Below are positions 11,331 through 24,525 of a DNA stretch of 64,000 bases, in pieces. Positions within the stretch are counted from its first letter, which is position 1; every line of letters begins with the position of its first letter. The notes below the pieces were generated by a model, which was given only the letters and a program-made list of their open reading frames with translations, made no database searches and had not been told where the DNA came from. This DNA comes from Pavona decussata (Eukaryota): NCBI GenBank assembly GCA_977016875.1, contig CDRNST010000080.1, forward strand, positions 4,278,001-4,342,000. Reading direction: 5' to 3'. Both the position numbers and the translations under genes were made by a program.

Positions 11331-13228
11331 CCTTTGTTGATGATCATTTTCCCACGGAAAACTCCACGTTTCTCTTTTTTAAAACTTATTATGAGTGAGA
11401 AATGTCACGAAGTAGTTCAAATTCTGAGTGTTCAATCGATTCAGAGGCCTTAGGTTATATTCCTGACTACGACATTGAGACCAAAGATAATTGCAAGTCG
11501 AGTTGCTTGAGAGATGTGTGAACGGCACTGAATGAGTGGATTCTTCTGGGTAGTTTGCACTCGTGTCAGACATCAAGCTCATATCAAGCTCATATCTTGA
11601 GCTTACATAATGATGGCTGAGTTCCTTTTCAATGGATCCCCTGATAAAAAGCATATTTCTTTAGTACGTGTATATCAGTTACAATTCATGACGTTCATTG
11701 GATGTCCACTCCTGTCTGTTAGCTAACGGATGAAGGGCTGTAGTGATTGAGCTATTTTGTATTTCTTATCTGTTTCTTTCCTTAAATTCTACTTGTATAG
11801 ATCTCAGACAAGGCTTGCCAAGATGAATAGATCACTCCTTTTAAAGCTTCCTAAATATCAAGTACCTTACTTGTCGCTAATTTGTTTACATATCAAGTCT
11901 TGTGCTCGGGCTACTTGCGTCGATGCAGTAGAGCTACAATCAACTACTTTACGCAAAGTGCAATAGATGAGTCCTTTTAGGTATACAAGCAGAAGGCTTG
12001 CAGCTGTAAAATTAGTTATAATCTCAATCTCTGCTGCTCAACAAAGTTCCAGTTGGCTAGATCCCGCAAACCTAGGAGTTTTGACGAGCTCTGTCCTGCT
12101 AGTGATCTAGTTGCTCTGGAGTTAATTTCCCCCATCACAGTTGTTAAGCTGCCGAAAGTCTGTGAAGCCTAATTTGCACCCGTTGTGCACTCGCGTAAGA
12201 AAAATGGAACGTTACAGTAGGTGGAGAAGAGTAGGGCTGACTGGATTGTCAAGAACCAATACAAGACAACAAAGTGAAAATGTCAAGTACCAACCTGGAA
12301 GGTTCACAAGAGAAGTAACCCCTTGCACACTGAAAGGATTGTAAATGCTGTTCAAGTACCATGAGTAATAAAAATACCTTGTTAGCTGATGAAGTTAGTC
12401 TGGAAAGTTTTAGGAAAGACTCTGGATAGATTTAACTTGAGAAGTAATCCGATAGCTAATTTCTGTGCTACCACAAGTATGCCTAAAGTTCAAGTAAACA
12501 GCTCCATTCAAGTCGATTTAGCTCAAGAAGAGGACAATTGTAAACTCATTGTTTGCCGAGTTACCTTTTTGTACATCTCCTAGGGATGACGTGCCACAAG
12601 ACAACACGACCAAGTGAATTGAACTTTAGAAATGTATCAAAACCCCAAACTTGTTCGGCACTCTCCACACTTGACCATGCAGACCTTACTACAAAAGAAC
12701 CCACAGATATTAGGCTTGATCCAAGTAGTGATTCCTTTGTTTACCCAAGTTTACAAAAAGAAGTGAGCCCCTTGAATCTGCTCAATTCACCTGAAAGTGG
12801 TCAATTTCCCCCGCCATAGTTGTCAAGTCGCCGAAAATCCATGAAGCCTTATTTGTACCTGGGGTGAGCTTGAGAAGGAAAAAACCTGTCGTTCAATGAA
12901 GGAGTATATTATTAAGCTTATGGATGGTCTTATTCCTTTAACAGGGTCTTTTTGTTCTCTTGTATTGTTCAGGCCCTTTCTTGATTATTTTAGAAAATTA
13001 ACCGATTTGCTTGCCATTTTGAAGACATTGAACAGCTTCTTGAAAGCAAAGTACAGACGGGGGCCAGCTGAAAACGGCCAGCTGACAGGTAACTTTGATT
13101 GAACTTTGAATATTGTTTGGTTTATCGAGCCACTAATACGACTTTCAATTTTGTACGATGATTCTGATATCCCTCTTAATAAAAAGTCAAGACAGGCATG
13201 TGAGACTTGTGGAAAAGTCAAAAACACC

Positions 13229-14400
13229 ATCAGAAGAATCATTCAAAAGAGAAAAAACACCACTGTCCCAAATGTGAAAAACCTTTCATCACAAACCGGA
13301 TTTACAACGCCATGAGAAAAAAGTTCAGGAAAAACGATTGGCTCAGCAAGTGCTCTACCTGCAGGGAAGTCTTTCACAACATGACCCCATTCCAAGCACA
13401 CCACAAAACAGCTCACTACATACCATCTACAGCCACAAAACGATCATGCAAAGACTTAGGTAGGAAGTAGTAAGATAAACTTTTCAGTTTCCTTACAGTA
13501 AAATCACATTTGACAAAAGGATTATTTCGTACCTTTAATCCCTCTTTTGGACACAATCAATATTCTCTGTGTCTATTTCAGCGTGTATTTTGCAAACCAT
13601 TAGCAATTCCACTCTTTTGTTTCTATTCTCAGGCCATCGTTGAACAATCATAATTGTCTTTGTTACATGGTTGTTTTCTTGTAATTCATTTATTTTGCTA
13701 CTTAATTCTTTTTCTCTTTGTTTAATGATTCTATTTTGTGTTGTTAATTTTCTTTTCCTTTTGAGCATGTAAACAACTATCAATGTTACCCACCTCGAAT
13801 AGCCCTTGCTAATTGTGGGTAACTAATATTGTAAAAAGTGTCTTCTCTTACAATAAATTGTTGTTGATGTGGTTTATTACTCTTTTGGATGTCTTCCTCT
13901 TTTTCCACATTCATTGTTTTAGGTCATTCTTTTATTCGTAGGTTCCACAATGGGCTTTTGCCATCAGGAGAATCATTCACAAGAGAAAAAACACCACTGT
14001 TCCAAATGTGAAAAGACTTTTCATCACAAAACGGATTAACAACACCATGAGAAACAAGTTATCGAAAAACAGCCACAAAACGATCATGCAAAGACTTAGG
14101 TAGGAAGCAGTAAGATAAACTTTTCAGTTTTCTTACAGTAAAATTACATTTGATGAAAGGATTATTTCGTGCCTTTAATCCCTCTTTCAAACACAATCAA
14201 TTTCTCTGTGTCTATTTAAGGGTGTATTTTGTAAACCGTTAGCAATTCCACCGGGGTTTGTTTTTTCTATTCTTAGGCCATTGTTGCACAATCACTGTTG
14301 TCTTTGTTACATCCAGTTGTTTTATTGTGGTTTATTACTCTTTTGGATGTCTTACTCTTCTTCCACAGTCATTGTTTTAGGTCATTCTTTTATTCAAAGG
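13229..14400 (+). repeat. Local tandem duplication (~13229-13945 vs ~13962-14400) carrying a C2H2 zinc-finger relic
   Basis: catcag.agaatcattca.aagagaaaaaacaccactgt in both copies; HCSKCEKTFHHKTD*QHHEK and CSTCREVFHNMTPFQAHHKTAH. Confidence 0.75.
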
Positions 14401-14900
14401 CACCACAATGACCTTTCGCCAAAGTTCTATTCACAGGCTGATGAGACTTTTTGCCTCTTCATGATGCCATCATTCATTTACATGGCACTAGCGGTCTAAC
14501 TGTTGCCAGATTGCATTGCTGCCTCCACATTGTTTCTTCATTCTCTCCCGAGGTCATACTTCAAATAGGAACAAATGACCTACTTTGCCTTCGTCGGCAG
14601 TTAACTGAATTCGAAATAGAGGAGTTGGTGTGCTCACTTTTGGAAACCTCTTGTCTGAGTCATTGGTGTGTGCAAGGTGATACCTTGTGTCAAAGCGCCA
14701 TTCTTCAATGCTGCTGCATCAGTGCTAAACCATTACCATTGTGGAGTGTCAGATCCCATCCCTAATGTTCTTGTTGGCAGCATCAAGGTTTTAGCAAACC
14801 CTCTGTCCACCCATGTTTGTCTGATGGACTTCATGTGAACCCTTTAGGGCAATATTGTTTGTACTGCAGCTATCGGGCACCATTTTGAAAGCTATTCACA
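14347..14900 (+). pseudogene. SGNH/GDSL hydrolase ORF of the kind carried by Ngaro/DIRS-like retrotransposons, frameshifted
   Basis: Blocks VIVLGHSFIQR, HLHGTSGLTV, VILQIGTNDL and DGLHVNPLGQY. Confidence 0.75.
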
Positions 14901-15329
14901 TGCTTTTGCCTATTTCACCTCCCAAGTAAATTATTCGTTTGTTTTTGCTGTTTTTTTTTTTTTTTATCAGACCCTGTTCCACTTAGCTTCTTTAGTTTAT
15001 TTTCTGTAAGATGTAATGTTTATGTTGCTTCTTTAATTTAGCATATTTGCTGTTTTGATTTCATGTTCTCATTTATTTACTGTGTAAGGTTATGTTCTTC
15101 TGTTGTTTTACTGTTTAGAGTAGGTCACTTTCTTCGCTTTACCTTTTTTTTAGGGCAGTTATGAGGCTCGTTGCTATGACAAAAAGTTAGCCAGGCTTGT
15201 CCTGGACCATCCATTGTATATAAGACCATGTTCCTCAGTTCATCCTTAATTTCAACCAATGAGAAATACCTACCGAATGAAGCAGGCAACATATAATACA
15301 TAAATTAGCTTCAAGAGAGATAAAGTGGA

Positions 15330-15497
15330 AGTGTTTGATGTAGCATGCCCTCGAATTATTGAGAAGTTAAACATTGAAAATCTCAAAGCTGTACAATGGG
15401 AATCTTTGAAAACTTTAGTTACCAAGCAAGATGTATTTGTTATTTAACCAACTGGATCAGGAAAGTCTCTAATTTTCCAAGCTATGCCAATGGTTTT
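15330..15497 (+). pseudogene. RecQ-family helicase N-terminal fragment (Q motif and Walker A)
   Basis: KLNIENLKAVQWESLKTLVTKQDVFVI*PTGSGKSLIFQAMP (manual translation; absent from the ORF track). Confidence 0.75.
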
Positions 15498-16485
15498 CAG
15501 TAGACACTAGAGAAATCCTTGATTATCGTGTTGTTTCCAAATCGTGTCAGAAATGTGCAATAAAGAGAGGGAAATGCGAAAATGATGAGGAATTTGAAGA
15601 GTGGTTATTAGAGCATGAATGTGACATAAACTTCACCAGGAGTTCACCTGCTATGGAATCGGAAAGATTTGTTGTGTTGTGGGAAAGGTCAGAGGAATGT
15701 CACAATCATGCATACAATCAGTGATAGGGACAGCAAGGCCTTCAATTCTGTTGAGAACATTTTATGGAGAGATCAAAGTAGAGAACTTAGACTGCGTTGG
15801 ACATGTTCAGAAAAGAATGGGCAAGCACCTGTTAAACCAGAAAGCCAAAACAAAAGGAAAACTAGCAGATGGTTAGCCAATTGGTGGTCATGGCAATCTA
15901 AGTGAAACTAAAATCAAGTAATTTCAAAAGTATTATGGGCTAGCAATTAGGCAAAACTCCGTTAAAAAGTCAAATCCAACAACGAGAGATATAGATGTTG
16001 CAGTTTAAGCAATGAAGAAAAATCTCGTTGCAATTCTTAATCATAGTGTGACGTCTAAAGACTCTAGCAAGCAGCATCGCTTCTGTCCCCCAGGAGAGTC
16101 CTCTTGGTGTAATTGGCAACAAGACAAAGCAACAGGAACTTCACAAGAATGATGACTGTTTACCTGAGGTCTTTCTAGAAGTTCTCAAACCTACATTCGT
16201 GACTGTCAGTGATAACCAGCTTCTTGAGAGTTGTCTTCTTGGAACCACACAAAACCGCAATGAGTGTGTGAAATCCATGGTGTGGGTGTAGTGTCACAAG
16301 CACAAACGTCATGGTGGTAAAATTGTTTGCTGTGCGGTTGCATCAGCAGTGTGTCACCACCACAGTGGAGCTGCAAGTAGATTGAAAGTAATGGAGACTA
16401 TCCAAACCAGGTAGAACATCCACAAGGAAGGCAACACGAGCAAAAGATGCAAAAAGGATCAAAAGGTCAGACTTGCAAAATTGAT
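15497..16485 (+). pseudogene. Mutator-like (Kolobok-Hydra/Phantom-type) transposase, degraded, copy A
   Basis: SVDTREILDYRVVSKSCQKC..SDRDSKAF..DCVGHVQKRMGKHL..QKYYGLAIRQN..HRFCPPGESSWC..GTTQNRNEC. Confidence 0.8.
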
Positions 16486-17339
16486 ATAAATTTTCAAAGG
16501 GTTTTTATTAAAAATTGTTAGTTATTTTACTGCTATGCAGTAATGTTGCCGTTATTTTAAGCTTACCGAAGAGCCTTGAAAATAATGAATCAAGGAGCAA
16601 AACTTTTAATTAGCTCCATGTGCAGCTATTATCCTGGTAAACAAGACATTAGGGGACACTTAACTCTTATGGAAATTTTTCCCATTTTACTTTGCTTGAA
16701 CAACATCAACGTCTTTGCTGCCAGTCGCTCATTAACATAATCCCTCCCTCCCTCCCTGTCTGTTCCATGTTGAGGGACGTTGGGAAGGAGTAAAATCATG
16801 TCTACATATCGGCCCAAGCAAGGCCTCTGTTCCAAACAATTTGGGAAGGATTGCATAATGACAATATGTCTGTATTGTGGGACATTTGAATCAGATTCTT
16901 GGCTGTTAATGACTTGATTTTAAGTACATGTACATGCAGTTGAAATAACTTCACATGAAATTATTTCCTAATTTCACTCGTCACCATTTGATTAATTACA
17001 TATACAAATTCGCCTAGGATTATGGATTATTCAGACCTCCCCTAGTACAGCCTCTGTAATGCAGTTTGTAGCAAGAAAATTGTATAGATTTATTATGTGG
17101 CATTTTAAAGGGCCAGAAAGAATTCTGAGACCTCATTGATCTCATTTCTGTAAAAAAAAAAAAATCAGTCTTAAATTAACGTAGTTCAACTACCGGTCAG
17201 AAATATTAACTTTCATTGAAGTGTATTTACTGGTTTATAATCTTGTGTAAACACTGTGTATATTACTGAGCACTGACATTGGCCGTAAGTCAACACTAGT
17301 CTAGGAAGAGGTCATCTCAGCACTCAAGAGAGTTTGAAA

Positions 17340-19325
17340 AAACTGTAAAGTGTTTGCTAGAAAGCAAAAGCAAGAAGCAAAAGATGTGGCTGAGGAAAGA
17401 AAGAACAAAATACGGCAGCAAACACGGGAAAGGGTAAGAAAAAAGAAGGGAAAAAATGCACCGAGATTCAGATGAGGATACCGCCAGACCTTCAACTCCC
17501 ACTTTCACAAACAGGATGGCTGAGACTCAAGCACTGAAGAAAACAGTTGACGCCCTGCCCAAAACGTCAGAGAAAAAGGCAGAACTTTTAGAAGCAATTT
17601 CATCTAGTCCACAGACCAGAAAAATTCTAGAAAACCAAGGAGATAAAAAAACTCTTGAGGAAATGAAGGAAACCGTGGCACTTTGAGCTACCACGGCAGA
17701 TATTTCGGAAGGTGTTGGTCATGTCAAGGGTGGCTCAAATAACAGCAGAGCTGCATGTTCTGCATTTAAAATGCTAGCCTTTGGCCAAAATCTTGCTTTT
17801 TAAACTAGTAAATGTCAGACGTAAGGGCGTGCAAAAGGCGGTCAAAGAGAGGCAGAAAATACTATCGGGAGAGAAAAAGAGTTCAATTTATCTAGAGCGA
17901 AAAACAAGAGGTGATGCAGTCAGCCAGGAGGCTACGCAGCTTTCTTTTTTTTAATTTCTGGACGCACGAAGCCAGCAGACCAACCGGAGATAAAACGGAC
18001 GTTATCAGATAAAGGGTAGGGAAAAAGCAACACATTGATCACGTCAAGCACGCCCTTGAAAAAACGCAAACAGAAGCGTTTCTGGAATTCCAGGCTGTTC
18101 ACCCGGATGTGAAAATCAAGCATCGGAAATTTGAATCTTTGAAATCGTTTTTCATCCGTGCTGCAAAAGAAAAGGAGAGAAGGTCATGTCTCTGCAGGAA
18201 GCACATTGAAACATAGATTGTTTTTAAGGACTGTATGAGATTTCGCAAATCTGTGTGCAAGAAATGGAAGAAATGATGTACCAGTTCTCTCCACTTGAAC
18301 AGAAGCAGTTAATCTAACTTTGTGTGAAAAATCAGATGAACAAAGCTATCACAATTTGAAATGCTTAAAAAGGGAATGTGACGAATGTGGGGTGGATAAA
18401 TTTGTACTTCTTCCAGAAAAACTCTCTGAAGACACTTAGGAACAACTTATTTGAAAACGTTATGCTTATGTATTAACCGGGAAATTTTTGTCAAATGGGT
18501 AAGAAAAGAAAAAGATTGCCTTGACCACAAAGCAAACCTCGCCATAGGAATTATTACATATTTTCAGGGCCTTTTGAAAGAATATTCATACCACTCCTTT
18601 ATGGCAAAATGGCAAAGAGACCAAATAGACAACCTCATTGAGTACCTTCCATTCAAAAAGGAGCTTTGTGTTCATGGTTACTCAGAGGGTTACAGCTGTA
18701 GGCAACAAGAGGAGCTGTAATCTGAGTACTTTGATGTGGCTCAAGTCTCCCTCCAAACCACCATCCTCTATCGTCATGTAGTGGAATCCATAGATGGCAA
18801 GACAAGTATAGTAAACGACTCCACAGATAATCAAGGAGCACCTGTTTGTGATCTCAGATGATGAAGTCCAGGACTATCACTCAGTACACAAGGAACAGCA
18901 ACTGGTAAAAGGCTGCCTGGAAGAACAGCTTAAAATAAAGATCAACAAGCTGTATGAGTTCACAGATGGGTGTGCTGCCCAATACAAGTCAAGGCACTGT
19001 ATCAGAGATCTTTCTTGCTCTCTTGCCGACTATGCATTCAATGTGCAGAGAAGCTACTTTGAGACTTCCCATGCCAAAGGAGAGCAGGACGCTGCAGGAG
19101 CCAATGTCAAACAGAACGTGAGCCAGGCCGTGCTGAGAAAAACAGCAGTGATCAGAAATGCCAAGAACATGAAAGATTTCCTAGCTGAAAACTTCACCAC
19201 TCCAGCAGCCTCATCGTTTGTTTCCCGTAACCAAGCAATTGGGCTATCTTGCAGGGTTTTCTTATATGTCCCAACAGAAGGCGAAGAGGCTGTGGTGAGA
19301 TGCAGACCAGGCAGAACCTTAACGA
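17340..19325 (+). pseudogene. Sola (Sola2-like) transposase, degraded, copy A
   Basis: CLCRKH..HGYSEGYSCRQQEEL*SEYF..QVSL..VISDD..QD..EFTDGCAAQYKSRH..RSYFETSHAKGEQDAAGANVKQ. Confidence 0.75.
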
Positions 19326-19590
19326 CAAATCGTCAAATTTTAGGTATCACAGCACCTTTTTCATTGATGACCATAGGAAATCAATTTCCAGAGGAAAAAA
19401 ATGATTGTGGTCATACAAGTAAAATAATTCGTGTGGGCATAGTCACTGCATTTAAACAGTGACTACGTTCACTGATGTTTACTTTTCTTTTCTTAGAGCT
19501 TGTAATGTATAATTCGATATCATCTGTGATGAAGAAAACTTACGAAAATATACAAGTTAATAGCATGAAGAGTGTAGGTTTTAATATTAA

Positions 19591-19740
19591 GGGTGTATTC
19601 TTTTGGTTATTCTGGTTATTCTTACTGCGGTTCACGAATAACAGAATAGACAGAATTTTATTTCTGCAAAGAATGCAATTATGCCTATTCCTGTCTATTG
19701 TGTGTATTCCTATTACAGATTAGTCCCAAAAGAATACTCC
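19591..19740. mobile_element. PIF/Harbinger-like MITE (second copy ~28007-28156)
   Basis: taa|gggtgtattcttttgg ... ccaaaagaatactcc imperfect TIRs. Confidence 0.5.
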
Positions 19741-21374
19741 TGGAGTCATCTTGACACCAAGTGTAATCCAGTTATTATTCTTATGAGAATGCTGAGATGA
19801 CAATTTCGATTTAGTTAGAGCCTTTCTATCTTAATGCTGCCCTTTTTTATAAAAATTGTCAGTTATTTTACTGCTATGCAGTAACGTTGTTGTTATTTTA
19901 AGCTCACCGAAGAGCCTTGAAAATAATGAATCAAGGAGCAGAACTTTTAATAAGCGGCTAATGTTTTCTTACCTGTTATATGGCAAAGGATGCTGGAATT
20001 TCTCATTTTTTTATGCAATTTTTTTTAAAGTTATCTCCTGATAATTAATGATTATATTTCTGGCAAACTATTTTCATGGCAACTGATAAATTGTTTTCCT
20101 TTCTAACTAAAGTAATTTCAAGTATTGTCAACATTATAATTGATTCTATTCTGCTTACAATTATTATGAGAATTGAGAAAGTATCCCACGACAAGAATGA
20201 CAGCTTCATGTGCAACTATTATCCTGGTAAACAAGACATTAGGGGAAACCTGACTCTTTTGGAAATTTTCCCATTTTACTTTGCTTGAACAACATCAACA
20301 TCTTTGCTGCCAGTCGCTCATTAACATAATCCCTCCCTCCTTCCCTGTTCAGTGTTGAGGATTTCTACTTGTTGATTCATCTTTGTTCATCGCTATTGTA
20401 ACGGAGGGATGTTGGGGAGGAGTAAAATCATGTCTACATATGCGCCCAAGCGAGGCCCATGTTCCAAACAATTTGGCCAGGATTGCATAATGAAAATATG
20501 ACTGCATTGTGGGACATTTGAATCAGATCTTTGGCTGTTAATGACTTAATTATTTAAAATTTTGAAAAATTGCACATAAAATTATTTCATAATTTCACTC
20601 GTCACCATTTGATTAATTACATGTACAAAATTGCCAAGGATTATGGATTATTCAGACCTCCTCTAGTATGGCCTCTGTGATGCAGTTTGTAGCAAGAAAG
20701 GTTAGATGTGTTTTAAATGTGGCATTTTTAAGGGCTGGAAAGAATTGCGAGACCTCATTGATCTCATTTCTGTTAAAACAGAAATCAGTCTTATAATTAA
20801 TGTAGTTCAACTACCAGTCAGAAATATTAAATTTCATTGAAGTGTATTTACTGGTTTATAATCTTGTGTAATCACTGTGTATATTACTGAACACTGATAT
20901 TGGCCTTAAAGTCAACACTAGTCAAGGAAGAGGTCATGTCAACACTCAAGAGAGTTTGGAAAAACTGTAGTGTTTGTTTGAATTGACATAAACATTCAAG
21001 TTCTCCCAAACCTACTGTGGTTAGATCGTGTAATTTAACAACTCACACAAAGTTGTTAATTGAAGAGTTTTCATTATTACAATAAAGTTTTACTGGAATA
21101 TTTGTTTTGAAGTATTACAGGGTACGTTATTTTGCATAAAAATTCGCATTTTATTTCCCGGTTTTATATTCACATAAATTCGAGCTTTATTTTCCAGATT
21201 GAAATATTTTCTTTACTGCCAACTTCATAGACAAGAAATGACGCTTTTGTACAGTGTACATAGCATCAAGATCAAATATAACAAACAGAACACCTTCAAC
21301 CTAGGTGTGATGAAAATGACAGAATTTAAAAAAAAAAGTGAACAAAGCCAGCGGGAGATAAGTCTCCTCCTTAG

Positions 21375-21660
21375 TAAGCTCAAGCTCATCCAAAGGGTGA
21401 AGGATGCTAAGCGGTTCAGCATCCTTGTGGATGAAGTGACGGACTGTGCTACTATCGAGCAACTTCCGATTTACCTCAGTTATGTAGATGAGGAAGGAAA
21501 GCCACACTGTCGATCTAACAAGTTCTAGAGACATCGGATGCATCTGATTGTACAACCATCACATGAATCATGAATGAATTTCTGCAGAGCTCAAAATCCT
21601 TTGGTTCAAATCTTTTTTTGGTTTTTGGTTTTGGCTCTGATGGTGCCAGTGTCATGACTT
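21375..21660 (+). pseudogene. hAT-family (ZNF862-like) transposase fragment, copy A
   Basis: RFSILVDEVTDCATIEQLPIYLSYVD and GFGSDGASVMT motifs. Confidence 0.75.
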
Positions 21661-21741
21661 GTAATCCAGTTATTAATCTTTTGAGAATGCTAAGATGACA
21701 ATTTTATTTTAGTTAGAACCTTTTATCTTAATGCTGCCTGT

Positions 21742-23610
21742 GTAGTAGGGCTTCAGCAAAATTAACCTTGTTAGTGTATAGGTATAGGTATAGGTATAGG
21801 TATAGGTATAGGTATAGGTATAGGTTAATCATGGATATGTATAGGGGTCGAGTCCATGACGTCACCCATTGTCATAACCTAGGAAAAGAATACGTTCCTC
21901 CATACTAATTAAGTGCCTAGTCAGTGTCTTCCTGCATTCTAATTTTTTGACTTCCGCCATACTAAGTGCACAGGTTTACTAATGAGCGTCGCTCTAGTAC
22001 AATGGAAACAATAAACTTGCCTAGGCTTGCCTGCTAATAGTAAACACGGATTGGCTCATAAAAAATCTTTTATGTTTTCAAAATAAAAGCCCGCTCTCCG
22101 TTTAGCATTTTATTCTTGTCACAAACTCGAGTAAATTATATTTTTATTACAAGATAGCTCCAGACATGCAAGTCGAATCAAGTGCGACACCTCTGTTGCC
22201 GGTAGACGAAGTGGAACAAGTCCATCGACAAAGGGCAGTCAGTCTTATCGGCCATGTTTTTCAGCTAACGTATGCCGCCATACTAAACGCAAGGATTCAA
22301 GAAGAAAAAGTAACTCGCTGCCACGGTTGTGCTATTCAACATCCCAGTCAAAGACAGCACTCCTGCCTGATGATGGATAGTGAAGATGCTTGGTTCTATT
22401 TCCAAAATGATGCGGTAGAGAAAATGAAGCCTAATGATGTCCTAAAGATCGCTGCTCAAGTACCCTGGCGGCACGTACAATGTACCGAAGACTGTCTTTG
22501 AAGAACTTGAGGAAGAAGGAATTATCGTACCAGAAGAAGAGCGCTATTTTCCTTACCGCACCACATTCGATTTTGAGTGCTACTTCGATAAAAAAAAGCG
22601 AAAGACTTGAAGAAATCTGACAAGTTAACCTGGCAATCAGCGCATGTTCCCCTCGGTGTAAGTGTCTGCAGTAACGTAACCGGTTATGAAGACCCCAAGT
22701 GTTTTGTCTCTAACGGTGATCAAGGCCAGTTTATTTCAGAGTTTATCCAGTACCTTGTTTCTCTGAGTACGAAAAGTGCTCCTATTCTCCGCGAACAGTT
22801 TGCACCTGTGTTTGAAGCACTGCAGCAAGTACCTAACCACGATGAGTCAAAAGAAGATCAACTCACGCAAATACTCATTGATATCCAGCAGGGCAGTGAC
22901 AATAACAATGAAGTTGAAAGTGAACAAGAGGAAAATAAAAAAGAAGAGAGCGAAGATGACAGCAGAGGGATTGATTTAATGGCCAGTGATGACGATGACG
23001 ACAAGGAAGAAATCAAACATGAAAACAATGAAGATCGCGCGTTTCTCAATGATTAGACAGAAGAACAGGAAGATGCATCTTTTTACCGAAGATTAAACGT
23101 TGAGTTGGATACTGAAAGGAGACAAGAGAGAAGAAAACAGCAAGAAGAACTAGCAGAGCACAAAGCTAGCTGAAAAACTGAACGCATACTTACAAGAACT
23201 ACTAGTCCTTGGCTTCAATTCTGGCAAGTACGATCTCGATGCTGTGAAAGAATTTCTCTTTCCCTACCTCGTTGAGACTCAACCCATCAAGTTCACCATC
23301 AAAACCGAATTCCCCAAGCTCCTGGATATTTCTAACTATCTCGCTCCTGGATTTAGCTATGACCAGTTCCTTAAAGCTTACGAGTGTGACTAGAACAAAG
23401 GTTTCTTCCACTATGAATGGATTGACAGGCTGGACAAATTAGAAGAAACATCGCTGCCTCCACATGAAACCTTCTACTCAAGTCCGAAGAATCAAAACAT
23501 TACAGAAGAAGAGTACCAATACTGTCAGCAAGTCTGGGAGGAAAACGAAATGGTCACCTTTAAAGGTTTTCTGGTCTGGTACAATAATCTGGATGTGGTT
23601 CCTTTCCTCT
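21742..23610 (+). mobile_element. Polinton/Maverick left end plus truncated pPolB, copy A (~1.7-kb internal deletion)
   Basis: gtAGTAG terminus; (TATAGG)n at ~21777-21823; small ORF at 22166; FDFECYF, GFNSGKYDL, KGFF.YEWID and WYNNLDVVPFL exonuclease motifs. Confidence 0.85.
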
Positions 23611-23765
23611 TAATGGAGGGACAATGGAGAGGAGTAAAATCATGTCTACATATCGGCCCAAACGAGGCCTGCATTCCAAACAATTTGGCCAGGATTGCAT
23701 AATGAATATATGACTGCATTGTGGGACAACTGAATCAGATCCTTGGCTGTTCATGAGTTGATGAA

Positions 23766-24525
23766 AGGGACAGCAAGGCCTTCAATTCTGTTGAGAACAT
23801 TTTATGGAGAGATCAAAGTAGAGAACTTAGACTGCGTTGGACATGTTCAGAAAAGAATGGGCAAGCACCTGTTAAACCAGAAAGCCAAAACAAAAGGAAA
23901 ACTAGCAGATGGTTAGCCAATTGGTGGTCGTGGCAATCTAAGTGAAACTAAAATCAAGTAATTTCAAAAGCATTATGGGCTAGCAATTAGGCAAAACTCC
24001 GTTAAAAAGTCACATCCAACAACGAGAGATATAGATGTTGCAGTTTAAGCAATGAAGAAAAATCTCGTTGCAATTCTTAATCATAGTGTGACGTCTAAAG
24101 ACTCTAGCAAGCAGCATCGCTTCTGTCCCCCAGGAGAGTCCTCTTAGTGTAATTAGCAACAAGACAAAGCAACAGGAACTTCACTTACAAGAATGATGAC
24201 TTGTTTACCTGAGGTCTTTCAAGAAGTTCTCAAACCTACATTCGTGACTCTCAGTGATAACCAGCTTCTTGAGAGGTGTCTTCTTGGAACCACACAAAAC
24301 CGCAATGAGTGTGTGAAATCCATGGTCTGGGTGTAGTGTCACAAGCACAAACGTCATGGTGGTAAAATTGTTTGCTGTGCGGTTGCATCAGCAGTGTGTC
24401 ACCACCACAGTGGAGCTGCAAGTAGATTGAAAGTAATGGAGACTATCCAAACCAGGTGGAACATCCACAAGGCAGGCAACACGAGCAAAAGATGCAAAAA
24501 GGATCAGAAGGTCAGACTTGCAAAA
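23766..24525 (+). pseudogene. Mutator-like transposase, copy B (5'-truncated at the duplication junction)
   Basis: Near-identical to 15726-16485. Confidence 0.8.

Noticed and set aside
11690-12900. Degraded gypsy RT (FAPVVHSRKKNG-like stretch at ~12170, echoed at ~12820)
   Set aside because: No further RT motifs found; similarity too weak
19475-20288. Small hydrophobic ORFs kept in both duplicate copies
   Set aside because: Conservation is explained by recent duplication; one overlaps a MITE and none has a motif
21777-21823. Interstitial telomere
   Set aside because: The repeat is TATAGG, not TTAGGG, and lies within a Polinton end
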